Shown in pieces: positions 10,370 to 23,067 of a stretch of 64,000 bases of DNA. The notes under the pieces are model-generated. The model did not search any database. It was not told the DNA's origin and saw only the letters and a list, made by a program, of their open reading frames with translations. A program made the translations under genes and the position numbers. This DNA is from Eledone cirrhosa (taxonomy: Eukaryota), in contig OZ024758.1 of NCBI GenBank assembly GCA_964016885.1, positions 2,170,001 to 2,234,000 on the forward strand. Reading direction: 5' to 3'. The number at the start of each line of letters is the position of its first letter. Within the stretch, counting starts at the first letter, position 1.

Positions 10370-11460
10370 CACCCCACAACATTCCCCCTCTCTCATTAAA
10401 CACTGCTGTTTTACTCTACACTCACAGAGAAGTAGTAGCAGTTTCTCATCCTGCACCTCTCATGACTCCCCCTCTCTCACTAAACACTGCTTTTTTTCTC
10501 TTCACTCACAGAGGAGTAGCATCTTCCTCATCTTGCACCTCTTATGAATCCCCTCTCACTAAACACTGCTGCTCTTCTCTTCACTCACATAGAAGGAATA
10601 GCATCTTCCTCATCCTGTACCTCTCATGAGTCCCCCTCTCTCACTAAACACTGCTACACTTCTCTTCACTCACAGAGAAGCAGTATCTCATCCCGTGCTC
10701 CACACGAATCCCCCTCTCTCACTAAACACTGTTGCTATTTTCTTTACTTACAAAGACGCAGTAGCAGCCTTTCCTCATCCCGCTCCTCACAAGAGCCCCC
10801 CTCTCTCACTAAACACTATTGCTCTTCTCTTCACTCACAAAAAAGCACCAGAAGAAGTAGCAGCCTTTCCTCCTCCCGCTCATAACAATTCCCCTCTCTC
10901 ACTAAAGACAGTTATTCTTCTCTTCCCCTCACAGTGAAGCAATAGCAGCCATTCCTCCTCCCTCTGCTCACAGCACCCTCTCTCTCACTAAACAGGTACT
11001 CTTCTCTTCCTCTCACACAGAAGCAGTAGCAGCCTTTCCTCCTCCCGCTCGTCACAACAATCCCCCTCTCTCACTAAATACAGTTGTTCTTCTCTCCCTC
11101 CACCCCACAGTGAAGAAGTAACAGCCTTTCCTCCTCCCTCTCCTCAACAATCCCCGTCTCTCACTAAACACTTTCCCTTCTCTTCCCTTCACAGTGAAGA
11201 AGTAACAGCCTTTCCTCCTCCCTCTCCTCACAACAATTCCCCTCTCTCACTAAACACTTTCCCTTCTCTTCCCTTCACAGTGAAGAAGTAACAGCCTTTC
11301 CTCCTCTCTCTCCTCACAACAATCTCCCTCTCTCACTAAACAGTTGACCTTCTCTTCCCCTCACAGTGTAGAAGTAACAGTCTTTCCTCCTGCCTCTCCT
11401 CACAACAATCCCCCTCTCTCACTAAACACTTGCTCTTCTCTTCCCCTCACAGAGAAGAAG
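10370..11460 (+). repeat. Diverged ~80-90 bp tandem repeat, about 13 units
   Basis: Recurring CCCCTCTCTCACTAAACAC...CTTCTCTTC...CACAG..GAAGTAGCAGCCTTTCCTC. Confidence 0.85.
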
Positions 11461-11899
11461 CAGCAGTAGATTATAACAATAATAATAAAACTAACACTAT
11501 ACAACACTGCTGCTTCCATCGTATTCTTTCTCGACTTTCTACGAGCTTTGCTCCCCCTCAAAGCCTTCGCGGATTTATTAAACAATTTACACTGTTACCA
11601 GTATCTCTATATACCATTATAGACACCGGATAAATTCTATTTAACAATATATTTTCCAATGAAGTCAATTCTGAACATGACCTCTGCCTAAAAGGTAGGC
11701 ATTTCCCCATATTTCTTTGTCCTTGAAGGAACAACATTTAATGCCGACTTAACTAATGGTCGTCTTTGCAGTAGAGATACATGCTTAAAAAATATGGTTG
11801 CATTCTCTTATAAATCTTCTCTTATATATTCTATATCAATGGTTCTACCAAATTCAATGTCTTCTATAGATCTATATGTCTCTTATATTATCTCTCTGT

Positions 11900-12115
11900 T
11901 TATTTTCCTCTCTCCCATAATCTATATCTTTATATATCTATCAATCAATTTACTACATTCAATATGTTTCTCTGTGTTTCTATATATTTACCATAATAGA
12001 AATCTAGTAATTTCTCTCTATAAACATCCGATTACCCCCCCACTCTCTCTTCATTTATCTATCAGTCTACCCATCTGTCTATCTATATATCTACCCCTCT
12101 ATCTATCTATCTATC

Positions 12116-12186
<71 letters not shown>

Positions 12187-12728
12187 TCATTTACCTATAT
12201 ATCTACCCCTCTAGCTATCTATCCATCTATCTATGTATATATCTAACTATATATCCATCTATCTATGTATATATCTATCTATGTATATATCTAACTATAT
12301 ATCCATCTATCTATGTATATATTTCTATGTATATATCTCCCTCTATCTATGTATATATATCTCTATGTATATATCTCTCTGTATATATATATATATATAT
12401 ATCTATATATATCTATCTATGTATCTCTCTCTCTATCGATCTATGTATATCTCTCTCTATCGATCTATGTATCTATCTATCTATGTATATATATATCTCT
12501 ATGAATATGTATTTGTCCCCTTCTTTTGTGCCCCTGTGGCTAATAAATAAACATATCTATCTATTTATTTATGTATGTATATAAGTATGTATCTATATAT
12601 CTCTCTCTCATACATATATAAAATCCGTCTGTCTGTGTCTATCTATATCTCTATAAATGCATCTATATATCTCTCTCTCTCTATATATATAATCCATCTA
12701 TTTATATATCTATCTACATATGTATCTA

Positions 12729-12781
<53 letters not shown>

Positions 12782-13155
12782 ACCCCTATCTATAAATCTA
12801 TCTACATCTCTCTCTCTGTCTATATATCGATTCATACCTTCTATTGATCTATCTATATGTGAATGGTTATAACCCTCCTTTAATTTCTCGTCTATATATT
12901 TCTCTCGATGTGATCTAGTATGTCTATATCGATCGAGTCAGCCATCCATTCATATCTATCTCTATTTATTTAGCTATCTAACATACACACACCCATGTGT
13001 GTGTGTATGTGTATGTATGTGTGTATATATGTGTATATATGTGTGTGTATGTATATATGTGTGTATACATATATATGTATGTATATATGTATGTATGTAT
13101 GTGTATACATATATATATGTATGTATATATGTGTGTGTATATATATATGTATGTA
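11900..13155. repeat. Compound (TCTA)n/(CT)n/(TA,TG)n microsatellite field
   Basis: Directly visible. Confidence 0.9.
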
Positions 13156-13157
13156 TA

Positions 13158-13780
13158 CGCTGTGTCAGGTCACCAGTTGGTGCTACTGGTAACATGTATC
13201 CCAGTACAACCTGTCCCATGGTCGGGTCGTTGGCGACTAAACTGGCAACCCCACCAAGGTTTCTTGGTGAGGAGGGTGACTTTGGACATCCTGCAGGACT
13301 AAAAACAAAACCTGTCAAAGGGCAAAGGAGCTCTTTAGAGTCAATGGCCATCCAAAATCACTGGGAGAGATGACCCCTTAGCCTTTGTCAAGGCAGAATT
13401 CTAGGAGAAGGAAAACTCTGATATAACACCTGCAACCCTGATGGTATCCAATGATGTTGACTTGTTCTTCTTTTTGGTAAATATTATCTTGGTTAAGAGA
13501 GTGGGACTGGCTTTGTGCAGTGCCTTTGCTCACTATAAAAGCTTCACGGCACAGGCATTGCTTTATATCTGGAGATCTCTGATCTCTCTGCACTTGTCGT
13601 CACATGGTACCATGGGCCCAGCACTATGTGTCAATAATTGTCACAGGTGTAGTGTTTGTACCAGAGTTTTCAAGTCGCTGGCTGGACTAAAAAGTCACAC
13701 TCGTTCAGCGCATTGGTAGGAGTTCTCCTACATGGATATAAAGTAGTGGCCGTACTCGAAAACGAGTTGGCAGCCACCAT
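13158..13780 (+). mobile_element. Internally deleted (bipartite) RTE/BovB-like element
   Basis: The 5' part has an RTE 5'UTR-like CTAGGAGAAGGAAAACTCTGA. The 3' part encodes the terminal zinc finger [25 protein letters not shown] and a short 3'UTR. There is no EN or RT, and the element is embedded in a TA/TG microsatellite. Confidence 0.65.
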
Positions 13781-13991
13781 GTATATACGTATGTATGTGT
13801 GTATATATATGTATGTATATGTGTGTGCGTATATATATGTATGTATATATATGTGTATATATATATATGTATATATGTGTATATATATATATATGCGTGT
13901 GTGTATATATATATATTTATGTATGTATATGTGTGTATATATATATATACATATGTATATATATGTGTGTGTATATGTATATATATGTGTG

Positions 13992-14022
<31 letters not shown>

Positions 14023-14354
14023 ATATATATATATATGTGTGTGTATATATATATATATGTGTGTGTGTGTATATATATATATGTATATATGTGTGTGTAT
14101 ATATGTATATGTGTGTGTGTATATATATATATATGTGTGTGTATATATATATATATGTATATATATGTGTGTGTATATATATATATATGTGTGTGTGTGT
14201 GTATATATATATATGTATATATATATATATAAGGTATCAAAACATGAAATATGTTTGATGTTTGTGCTTCTCAATATAAACGATCAATTGACTATATCCA
14301 GAGTTATAATTGATGTATATATATATATATATACGTATATATATATATATATAC

Positions 14355-14410
<56 letters not shown>
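13781..14410. repeat. (TA)n/(TG)n microsatellite
   Basis: Directly visible. Confidence 0.95.
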
Positions 14411-14413
<3 letters not shown>

Positions 14414-14559
14414 TTTCCTAGTGATTTCTTTTGAATGAAACAGTTCTAGTCCTGTAGAATCTATTTCTATATTAAATTTATTGTTTACACTCTACAAATG
14501 TATTGAGTACCTTACTAACTGTGGGTACCCCTGATTGAACCCGGGACCCCCCCCTCTCT

Positions 14560-14615
<56 letters not shown>

Positions 14616-14715
14616 GTACTGCCATTAAATTGCGGTTATGTTTACATTATAAAACAAAACCGAACCGTGCTACTACATTGTTATTACGCCTGCCTTTCCA
14701 TGTATACACACACAA

Positions 14716-14756
<41 letters not shown>

Positions 14757-14771
14757 CCACTTGGACAGCCA

Positions 14772-14820
14772 GCTTTCTGATGATTTCTCACGAATGAAAC
14801 AGTTCTAGTCCTGTAGAAGC
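14772..14820 (+). ncRNA. Hammerhead-like motif (family H2)
   Basis: CTGATGA-tTTC(TCAC)GAAt-GAAAC..AGTTCTA-GTC with a weak stem I. Copies or partials at 14420-14460, 26875-26905(-), 27850-27885 and 29555-29601. Confidence 0.5.
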
Positions 14821-14875
14821 TCTTCTATATTAAAACATTTATACTCTGCTGTATATATATATATATATATTTATA

Positions 14876-14974
14876 CAGGGTGTCCCGAAAAATGTATACA
14901 CACTTACATTACCTCTACAGGCAATATTTATTAGAATGCTGTTGAAGTGTGTATACATTTTTTGGGGTACCTTG
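14876..14974. mobile_element. Tc1/mariner MITE
   Basis: TA|CAGGGTGTCCCGAAAAATGTATACACACTT...AAGTGTGTATACATTTTTTGGGGTACCTTG|TA. Confidence 0.8.
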
Positions 14975-14977
14975 TAT

Positions 14978-15017
<40 letters not shown>

Positions 15018-15172
15018 GTGTGTGTGTGTGTGTGTATAAGCATATATATATATATACATACATATATATATATACACATATATATATATAATTCTTAAAT
15101 TTTATATTAGTAGAGCTGCCTTTTGGTTCTACTATACCTTTGTCAGAGAATATAATAGCTTCACGTATTAAT

Positions 15173-15278
<106 letters not shown>

Positions 15279-15297
15279 GTATATATATATATATATA

Positions 15298-15364
<67 letters not shown>

Positions 15365-15496
15365 CATCAATTTCATTTCACATCCGCTTTTTCCCTGCTT
15401 GCAAGGGTGGGACGGGAATATATATATATTTGTGTGTATATATATGTATATATATATTTGTGAGTATATATATATGTATATATATATATTTGTGTG

Positions 15497-15537
<41 letters not shown>

Positions 15538-15805
15538 GTGTATATATATATATATGTGTATATATATATTTGTGAGTATATGTATATATATATTTGTGTG
15601 TGTATATATATATTTGTGAGTATATGTATATATATATATATATTTGTGTGTATATATATATATATATATTTGTGTATATATAATAAACGTCCGAAACGTT
15701 AAGACCCTCTTCCTGCTATTTCAAGTCTTAAACTAATATATTCCTTCCATATACTGTACCGATTGTGTTGTTATTTCTGTTTACCTTTTACACACATATA
15801 TATAT

Positions 15806-17257
15806 ACAAACTGTGGAAGCAACACACAAACTGTGGAAGCAACACACAAACTGTGGAAGCAACACACAAACTGTGGAAGCAACACACAAACTGTGGAAGC
15901 AACACACAAACTGTGGAAGCAACACACAAACTGTGGAAGCAACACACAAACTGTGGAAGCAACATACAAACTGTGGAAGCAACATACAAACTGTGGAAGC
16001 AACACACAAACTGTGGAAGCAACACACAAACTGTGGAAGCAACACACAAACTGTGGAAGCAACACACAAACTGTGGAAGCAACACACAAACTGTGGAAGC
16101 AACACACAAACTGTGGAAGCAACACACAAACTAGAAGCAACACACAAACTGTGGAAGCAACACACAAACTGTGGAAGCAACACACAAACTAGAAGCAACA
16201 CACAAACTGTGGAAGCAACACACAAACTGTGGAAGCAACACACAAACTGTGGAAGCAACACACAAACTGTGGAAGCAACACACAAACTGTGGAAGCAACA
16301 CACAAACTAGAAGCAACACACAAACTGTGAAAGCAACATACAAACTGTGGAAGCAACATACAAACTGTGGAAGCAACATACAAACTGTGGAAGCAACACA
16401 CAAACTGTGGAAGCAACACACAAACTGTGGAAGCAACACACAAACTGTGGAAGCAACACACAAACTGTGGAAGCAACACAAACTGTGGAAGCAACACACA
16501 AACTGGAAGCAACACACAAACTGGAAGCAACATACAAACTGTGGAAGCAACACACAAACTGGAAGCAACACACAAACTGTGGAAGCAACACACAAACTGT
16601 GGAAGCAACACACAAACTGTGGAAGCAACACACAAACTGGAAGCAACACACAAACTGTGGAAGCAACACACAAACTGTGGAAGCAACACACAAACTGTGG
16701 AAGCAACACACAAACTGTGGAAGCAACACACAAACTAGAAGCAACACACAAACTGTGGAAGCAACATACAAACTGTGGAAGCAACACCCAAACTGTGGAA
16801 GCAACACACAAATTGTGGAAGCAACACACAAACTGTGGAAGCAACACACAAACTAGAAGCAACACACAAACTAGAAGCAACACACAAACTGTGGAAGCAA
16901 CACACAAACTAGAAGCAACACACAAACTAGAAGCAACACACAAACTGTGGAAGCAACACACAAACTGTGGAAGCAACACACAAACTAGAAGCAACACACA
17001 AACTGTGGAAGCAACACACAAACTGTGGAAGCAACACACAAACTGTGGAAGCAACACACAAACTGTGGAAGCAACACACAAACTGTGGAAGCAACACACA
17101 AACTGTGGAAGCAACACACAAACTGTGGAAGCAACACACAAACTGTGGAAGCAACACACAAACTGTGGAAGCAACACACAAACTGTGGAAGCAACACACA
17201 AACTGTGGAAGCAACACACAAACTGGAAGCAACACACAAACTGTGGAAGCAACATAC
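15806..17257. repeat. 20-bp minisatellite (ACACAAACTGTGGAAGCAAC)n with 18-bp variants
   Basis: About 70+ near-identical units with interspersed ACTAGAAGC and ACTGGAAGC variants. Confidence 0.97.
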
Positions 17258-18565
17258 TGCAACACAAACTGTGAACCACAATCCACCAATAATAAAAGAA
17301 TAACTATTAAATACATCTTTAATTTTAAAAAGCTGTAGGGTGTAATTTGAGAGAGATTTTGCTGTGATTTCTTGTAGGTCAAGTAATTCTAGAAAGGCTT
17401 CCTTGTTGATTTAATGATTGGTTCATCATCATATCAGGTGAGTCCTGATTGAGTAGACCTATTATCAAAGGCATTCCATTGATTTGTATATAGTATTATA
17501 TTGGTTTTCCAGTATATCACACAACCCTAACCCACCTAACCATTGGGGTTTTTAGCAGTGTCTAATTTGCAGCAAATGAGCTTTCCAGTTTGAAGGCAAC
17601 TTCCTCCAATCACTTTTGGAGGCCATGAAAGGTTATGGGCTTTGCTCTATCACCTCCATCTACCCCTTCACTTTGTGAATAAAATAAAGAGTTAAATGAT
17701 AACAAAAAAACTTAAAATTAAAACAAAAACAATGTTCCCTAATAGCAGGGAAACCAGTGAGAGATACTCGTGGAGAAAGCCCACAAAAAGCCATGGTCAC
17801 CCTGCCTTAATAAATATATAAAACATTCTCACATAAAATTGAATAGAGGCTTTCATGTTATTGTTTAGCTTCAAGTCTGCTGTCATGGTGCAGACATTCC
17901 AACCATGTCTATCCCCTCTTTTTAAGGGTATCTCGGGTTACATTTATTCAGTGTGTCCTTCACATTTAAAAGATGGATAGCAATTTTATAAACAATAAAA
18001 ATTAACAATGCAAAAGAAACAAGTTAATTTTTGTTTTATTATAGAATTGATTTTGGTATTTTGTCTTTTGCAGAGATTTTGCTTTTGTCTCTGATTTCGA
18101 GAAAAACAGAACAAAAATAAAACAACTTGTTGCTTTGCCTTATGTTGCCATCCATTCAAATGGAATGATAAATTCTTGCTGCAATTTGACAGTGAAAATA
18201 AACCACTCCATCTTGAAGAAGCTCCTTCAGGGAGTATTCATTAAATTCAAAACAATATATCAAGCAAAAAAATAAATGATATATCAATTTTATGTGTACA
18301 ATGTATGTTTAAAAAAAAAATATATATATACAAAATATTTCCACATAAAATTGAATAGAAGCTTTTGTGTTTTTAGCTCCAGGTCTGCTCTCGTCGTGCT
18401 GACATTCCAACTGTGACTATCTCATCTTTTTAAGGGTATTTAGGACTACATTTACATTTGTTCAGTGTGTCCATCAGATTTAAAAAATGGTAATGTGGAA
18501 TTTGAGAGAGATTTGCTGTCATTCATTTTTAGCAGGTAAAACGACCACATTAAAGGCTTCCTTGT

Positions 18566-18772
18566 TGGCCCCACATCAGTCCTGCTGGGGCACTCTGTCC
18601 CACGTCAGTCCTGCTGGAGCACTTGGTCCAACGTCAGTCCTGCTGGAGCACTTGGTCCAACATCAGTCCTGCTGGAACCCTCTGCCCCACGTCAATCCTT
18701 CTGGAGTACTTGGCCCTACGTCACTCCTTCTGGAGCACCTGGCCCCACGTCAGTCCAGCTGGAGCACTTGGT
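18566..18772. repeat. 29-bp tandem repeat, about 7 units
   Basis: Consensus GGCCCCACGTCAGTCCTGCTGGAGCACTT. Confidence 0.85.
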
Positions 18773-18819
18773 ATAAACTAAAATAAAACTAATTGTTTTT
18801 TACCTTACAAAGCCTAACA

Positions 18820-19015
18820 TGTCATCATCATCGTCGTTTTTACGTCCGCTTTTCCATGCTTTCATGGGTTGGAAGGGTCCTTCTCAGCATGGCATCTCTC
18901 CACTTGTCATGTTCCTTCATCATCTCCTCTGCCAGTCTTAACGATTTGAAGTCAGCTCTCCCCACATCTACCCAGGTCTTTCTCGGTCATCCTCTATTGT
19001 GGCTTCCTTCCACTG
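18820..19015 (-). mobile_element. RTE-type LINE 3' end (same family as 63378-63622)
   Basis: (CAT)n tail and homologous GRP.KTW..DKWRDA segment; another copy at about 52530-52690. Confidence 0.65.
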
Positions 19016-20004
19016 AGTTGGCCTGTAGGGGGAAGTGTAGACGGGAGGGAATTCCTGATGATTGACTCTTTGGGAAGCAAATATTGAGAAGAGTAGTAAG
19101 TGCTGGGTTTGATAGATGAGTGGGTTTAGTGGTCTTAAACGGAGACGGTATATAACTTAGCTAGATCCGAGTAGAGGCTGTTGTAGTAGTGGTTGTAGAA
19201 GAGATGGTGAGTGACCTTAAAGACAGGTAATGTAAAACAATCATACAAACTACAGATGGTTTTATCACCCTCCCCCCTTGCCTTTCCTATTCTTCTGTGA
19301 CCCCAGAGCCCTTGCCTATCCCCTCCTTTTCCGTTTTCATAACCACAAGAGACACTTGTATTTTTTACCATAAAACATTTTTGTTAAGCTTTGGGAGGGT
19401 CATGTTGCCAATAAGAAACACATGCACCAGTTGCTTTCACTCCAATCAATTTATTATAAATTAAATTTATAAATTTAAGAATTTATAAATTTCCTGTTGG
19501 TTGGTTGGTTCCACAACCGGACAGTTGTTCATATATTGTCAAAGTTCTTTCGTCACACATTCTGTGACCTCTTCAGTGACTGGGGATTCTTTTCTTTGTT
19601 TTTGTGTGTGTTGTGTGCTTAGTTTGCACATGTGTTACATCTGGGTGTCTGTGTGTGTTTATATTTGTTTATTTATTTGTTTATTTACATGTTACTGGTT
19701 GGTTATTTGTTCTGTGTGTGTGTGTGTTTTCATTTTTGTTAAATTAATAAAATAAAATTAACCCCTTTCCCCTCAGAAAATACGCCGAGTTTTCAGTCAA
19801 AAGCGATATTGTCTTCTAAGAACAATGTTATGAAAGTTAGTGATTCCCAAAACATATTTTTGTCGCAGAAACCTTGTTGTATGGTATGGTCTTGTAACTC
19901 TTGGTAGAGGCGTAGGGACGCCATATCGACACACGGCCTTTTATGCCTGGCGGAGCCCATCCTTCTCCAGGCCCTGAGTACAGCAGATTTGAGAGAGGAA
20001 GAAT

Positions 20005-21514
20005 CAACACCAGTACTTGACTGGTACTTTTTTTTTCTCGACCTCGAAAGGATGAAAGTCAAAGTTGACCTCGGCGGGATTTGAACTCAGAGATCAGAGA
20101 GCCGGAAGGAATGCCATAAAGTATTCTATCTGACGTTCTAACCACTCTACCATTCTATCTGACGTTCTAACCACTCTACCATTCTATCTGACGTTCTAAC
20201 CACTCTACCATTCTATCTGACGTTCTAACTACTCTACCATTCTATCTGACGTTCTAACCACTCTACCATTCTATCTGACGTTCTAACTACTCTACCATTC
20301 TATCTGACGTTCTAACCACTCTACCATTCTATCTGACGTTCTAACCACTCTACCATTCTATCTGACGTTCTAACCACTCTACCATTCTATCTGACGTTCT
20401 AACTACTCTACCATTCTATCTGACGTTCTAACCACTCTACCATTCTATCTGACGTTCTAACCACTCTACCATTCTATCTGACGTTCTAACAACTCTACCA
20501 TTCTATCTGACGTTCTAACCACTCTACCATTCTATCTGACGTTCTAACCACTCTACCATTCTATCTGACGTTCTAACCACTCTACCATTCTATCTGACGT
20601 TCTAACCACTCTACCATTCTATCTGACGTTCTAACCACTCTACCATTCTATCTGACGTTCTAACCACTCTACTATTCTATCTGACGTTCTAACCACTCTA
20701 CCATTCTATCTGACGTTCTAACCACTCTACCATTCTATCTGACGTTCTAACCACTCTACCATTCTATCTGACGTTCTAACCACTCTACCATTCTATCTGA
20801 CGTTCTAACCACTCTGCCATTCTATCTGACGTTCTAACCACTCTACCATTCTATCTGACGTTTAACCACTCTACCATTATATCTGACGTTCTAACCACTC
20901 TACCATTATATCTGACGTTCTAACAACTCTACCATTCTATCTGACGTTCTAACCACTCTACCATTATATCTGACGTTCTAACCACTCTACCATTCTATCT
21001 GACGTTCTAACCACTCTACCATTATATCTGACGTTCTAACAACTCTACCATTCTATCTGACGTTCTAACCACTCTACCATTATATCTGACGTTCTAACCA
21101 CTCTACCATTATATCTGACGTTCTAACAACTCTACCATTCTATCTGACGTTCTAACCACTCTACCATTATATCTGACGTTCTAACCACTCTACCATTCTA
21201 TCTGACGTTCTAACCACTCTACCATTATATCTGACGTTCTAACCACTCTACCATTCTATCTGACGTTCTAACCACTCTACCATTATATCTGACGTTCTAA
21301 CCACTCTACCATTCTATCTGACGTTCTAACCACTCTACCATTATATCTGACGTTCTAACAACTCTACCATTATATCTGACGTTCTAACCACTCTACCATT
21401 CTATCTGACGTTCTAACCACTCTACCATTATATCTGACGTTCTAACAACTCTACCATTATATCTGACGTTCTAACAACTCTACCATTATATCCAACGTTC
21501 TAAAGACTGACAAT
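20005..21514 (-). mobile_element. SINE-A copy whose head contains 47 tandem 29-bp units
   Basis: SINE core and B-box at 20005-20122; the array (ATTCTATCTGACGTTCTAACCACTCTACC) x47 at 20123-21484; SINE 5' terminus (reverse complement AGGGCGGCGAATTGTCAG) at 21485-21514. Confidence 0.85.
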
Positions 21515-21647
21515 TCGCCGCCCTAGAAGCTTGTTACGATTTTCAAAAAATCACGGATTGTATGAATATAACCCCCCCCCCCACCATAATATTTTAAAGA
21601 GAATTGATTTATATATAAAGAAACCAATTTTCATCGTGTTTTATTAA

Positions 21648-21752
21648 GACCCCTTATCTTACGAGACCCCTTATCTTACGAGACCCCTTATCTTACGAGA
21701 CGCTTATCTTACTTACAAGACCCATATCTTAAGAGACCCTTATGTTACGAGA
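21648..21752. repeat. 17-bp tandem repeat AGACCCCTTATCTTACG, about 6 units
   Basis: Directly visible, degenerating rightwards. Confidence 0.8.
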
Positions 21753-22384
21753 CATCGTATTCGTGGTACCTTCTCTTGTAATGTCTATCATTTTACTGCC
21801 AAATATATTATGGTTTCCTTTTCCTGAGATATCAGTGTAGATCCCAGACACTCACCACCTGTTGTCACGGCAATGGTAGCTAGATTCCCGCTTTTCTTTT
21901 ACCACCTCTCTCTTAGATCTTTGCCCCCCCCCCTCTCTCTCTCTCTTTCTCTTTCTCTCTCTCTCTCATTCAATGTAGATTAAAAATAGCTTCAAACAAT
22001 AATACTGAAATTGTTGTATGTCAGGCGTGGTTTCTGTTGTGAAATATAATGTAGTGTATATATATATATTTGTATATATATATATATATATATGTATATA
22101 TTTATTAAAATAACAGATTAAAGTTTAAGCAAAGAATTATCACATTTCTCCCACCCCATGTCTCTCTCTCTCTATCTGTCTATTTCTCTCTCTCTCTCTG
22201 TCAGTCTGTCTATTTTTCTCTCTATTTATCTGTCTACTTATATATCTACATAGGTCATCTGTCTGTCTGTATGTGTCTTTGGGTATTTATATATATATAT
22301 ATATACTATCCAGGAAGCCCCAACCGTTAAGGTTGTCTTTTTTCAGGGTATGTCAATATTTATTTATAAAACTAATCTGTATTG

Positions 22385-22450
22385 TATTTTATCTGATGAA
22401 AGCGCACCATAATTTGCCTTGGTGGCCCTTGAAATATGTATAATAAAATA
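22385..22450 (+). ncRNA. Type I hammerhead ribozyme motif (family H1)
   Basis: TATTTTAT-CTGATGA-AAG..CACCA(loop)TGGTG..CTT-GAAA-TATGTAT-A-ATAAAATA. Confidence 0.75.
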
Positions 22451-22583
22451 AATATGGTTTTATAAATATAGTTTCCATTTGTTAATATATTGTATATTTA
22501 CTCCAATAATTTGTTGAGTGCTTTATATCAGTTATAAAAATATTTTTAAGCTTGTTGTATCCCAACAAATTAAATATAACCTC

Positions 22584-22623
<40 letters not shown>

Positions 22624-22903
22624 AAAGTTTTATTTAAGATTGTTGGGTTACAACGAGTAAATATTTTATAACTGATATAAAAGCACTCAACAGTTTCTGG
22701 AGTAGGTTTACGATATTAAACAAATGGAAACTATATTTATAAAACCATATTTATTTCGTTATATATATTTCTGGGATATCATATTAAAAATAAATCAACT
22801 TTTTAAATGGAAGTTGCATTATTACAATAAATCAACTTTTTAAATGGAAGTTGCATTATTACAAGGTATGTCACTAATTATTTATAAAACAGCTTATGTA
22901 TTG

Positions 22904-22969
22904 TATTTTGTCTGAGGAAGGCATACCATATTTTTAATATGATATCCCAGAAATATATATAACGAAATA
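22904..22969 (+). ncRNA. Type I hammerhead ribozyme motif (family H1)
   Basis: TATTTTGT-CTGAGGA-..CATAT(TTTTA)ATATG..-GAA-ATATATAT-A-ACGAAATA, with a perfectly palindromic stem III. Confidence 0.7.
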
Positions 22970-23009
22970 AATATGGTTTTATAAATATAGTTTCCATTTG
23001 TTTAATATC

Positions 23010-23067
<58 letters not shown>

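Noticed and set aside
11500-11790. LINE RT relic (FFLDFLRA, LRGFIKQF)
   Set aside because: Too decayed to assign with confidence.
13640-13719. Host C2H2 zinc-finger gene
   Set aside because: A single finger with no TGEKP linker, positioned as the RTE ORF terminus.
16131-17279. 367-382 aa repetitive proteins
   Set aside because: Artefact of a stop-free 20-bp unit; no unique domain or splice context.
18074-18275. Plus-strand terminal coding exon DFAFVSDFEKNRTK...
   Set aside because: Good acceptor, but no recognisable homology or partner exons.
19040-19230. CR1/Jockey-like C-terminal relic on the minus strand (LFYNHYYNSLYSDLAKL)
   Set aside because: Only one weak motif, not enough to call.
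20123-21484. CRISPR-like array (also considered for the 37-, 38-, 45- and 48-bp arrays)
   Set aside because: Units are head-to-tail with no unique spacers, there are no cas genes, and the context is eukaryotic.
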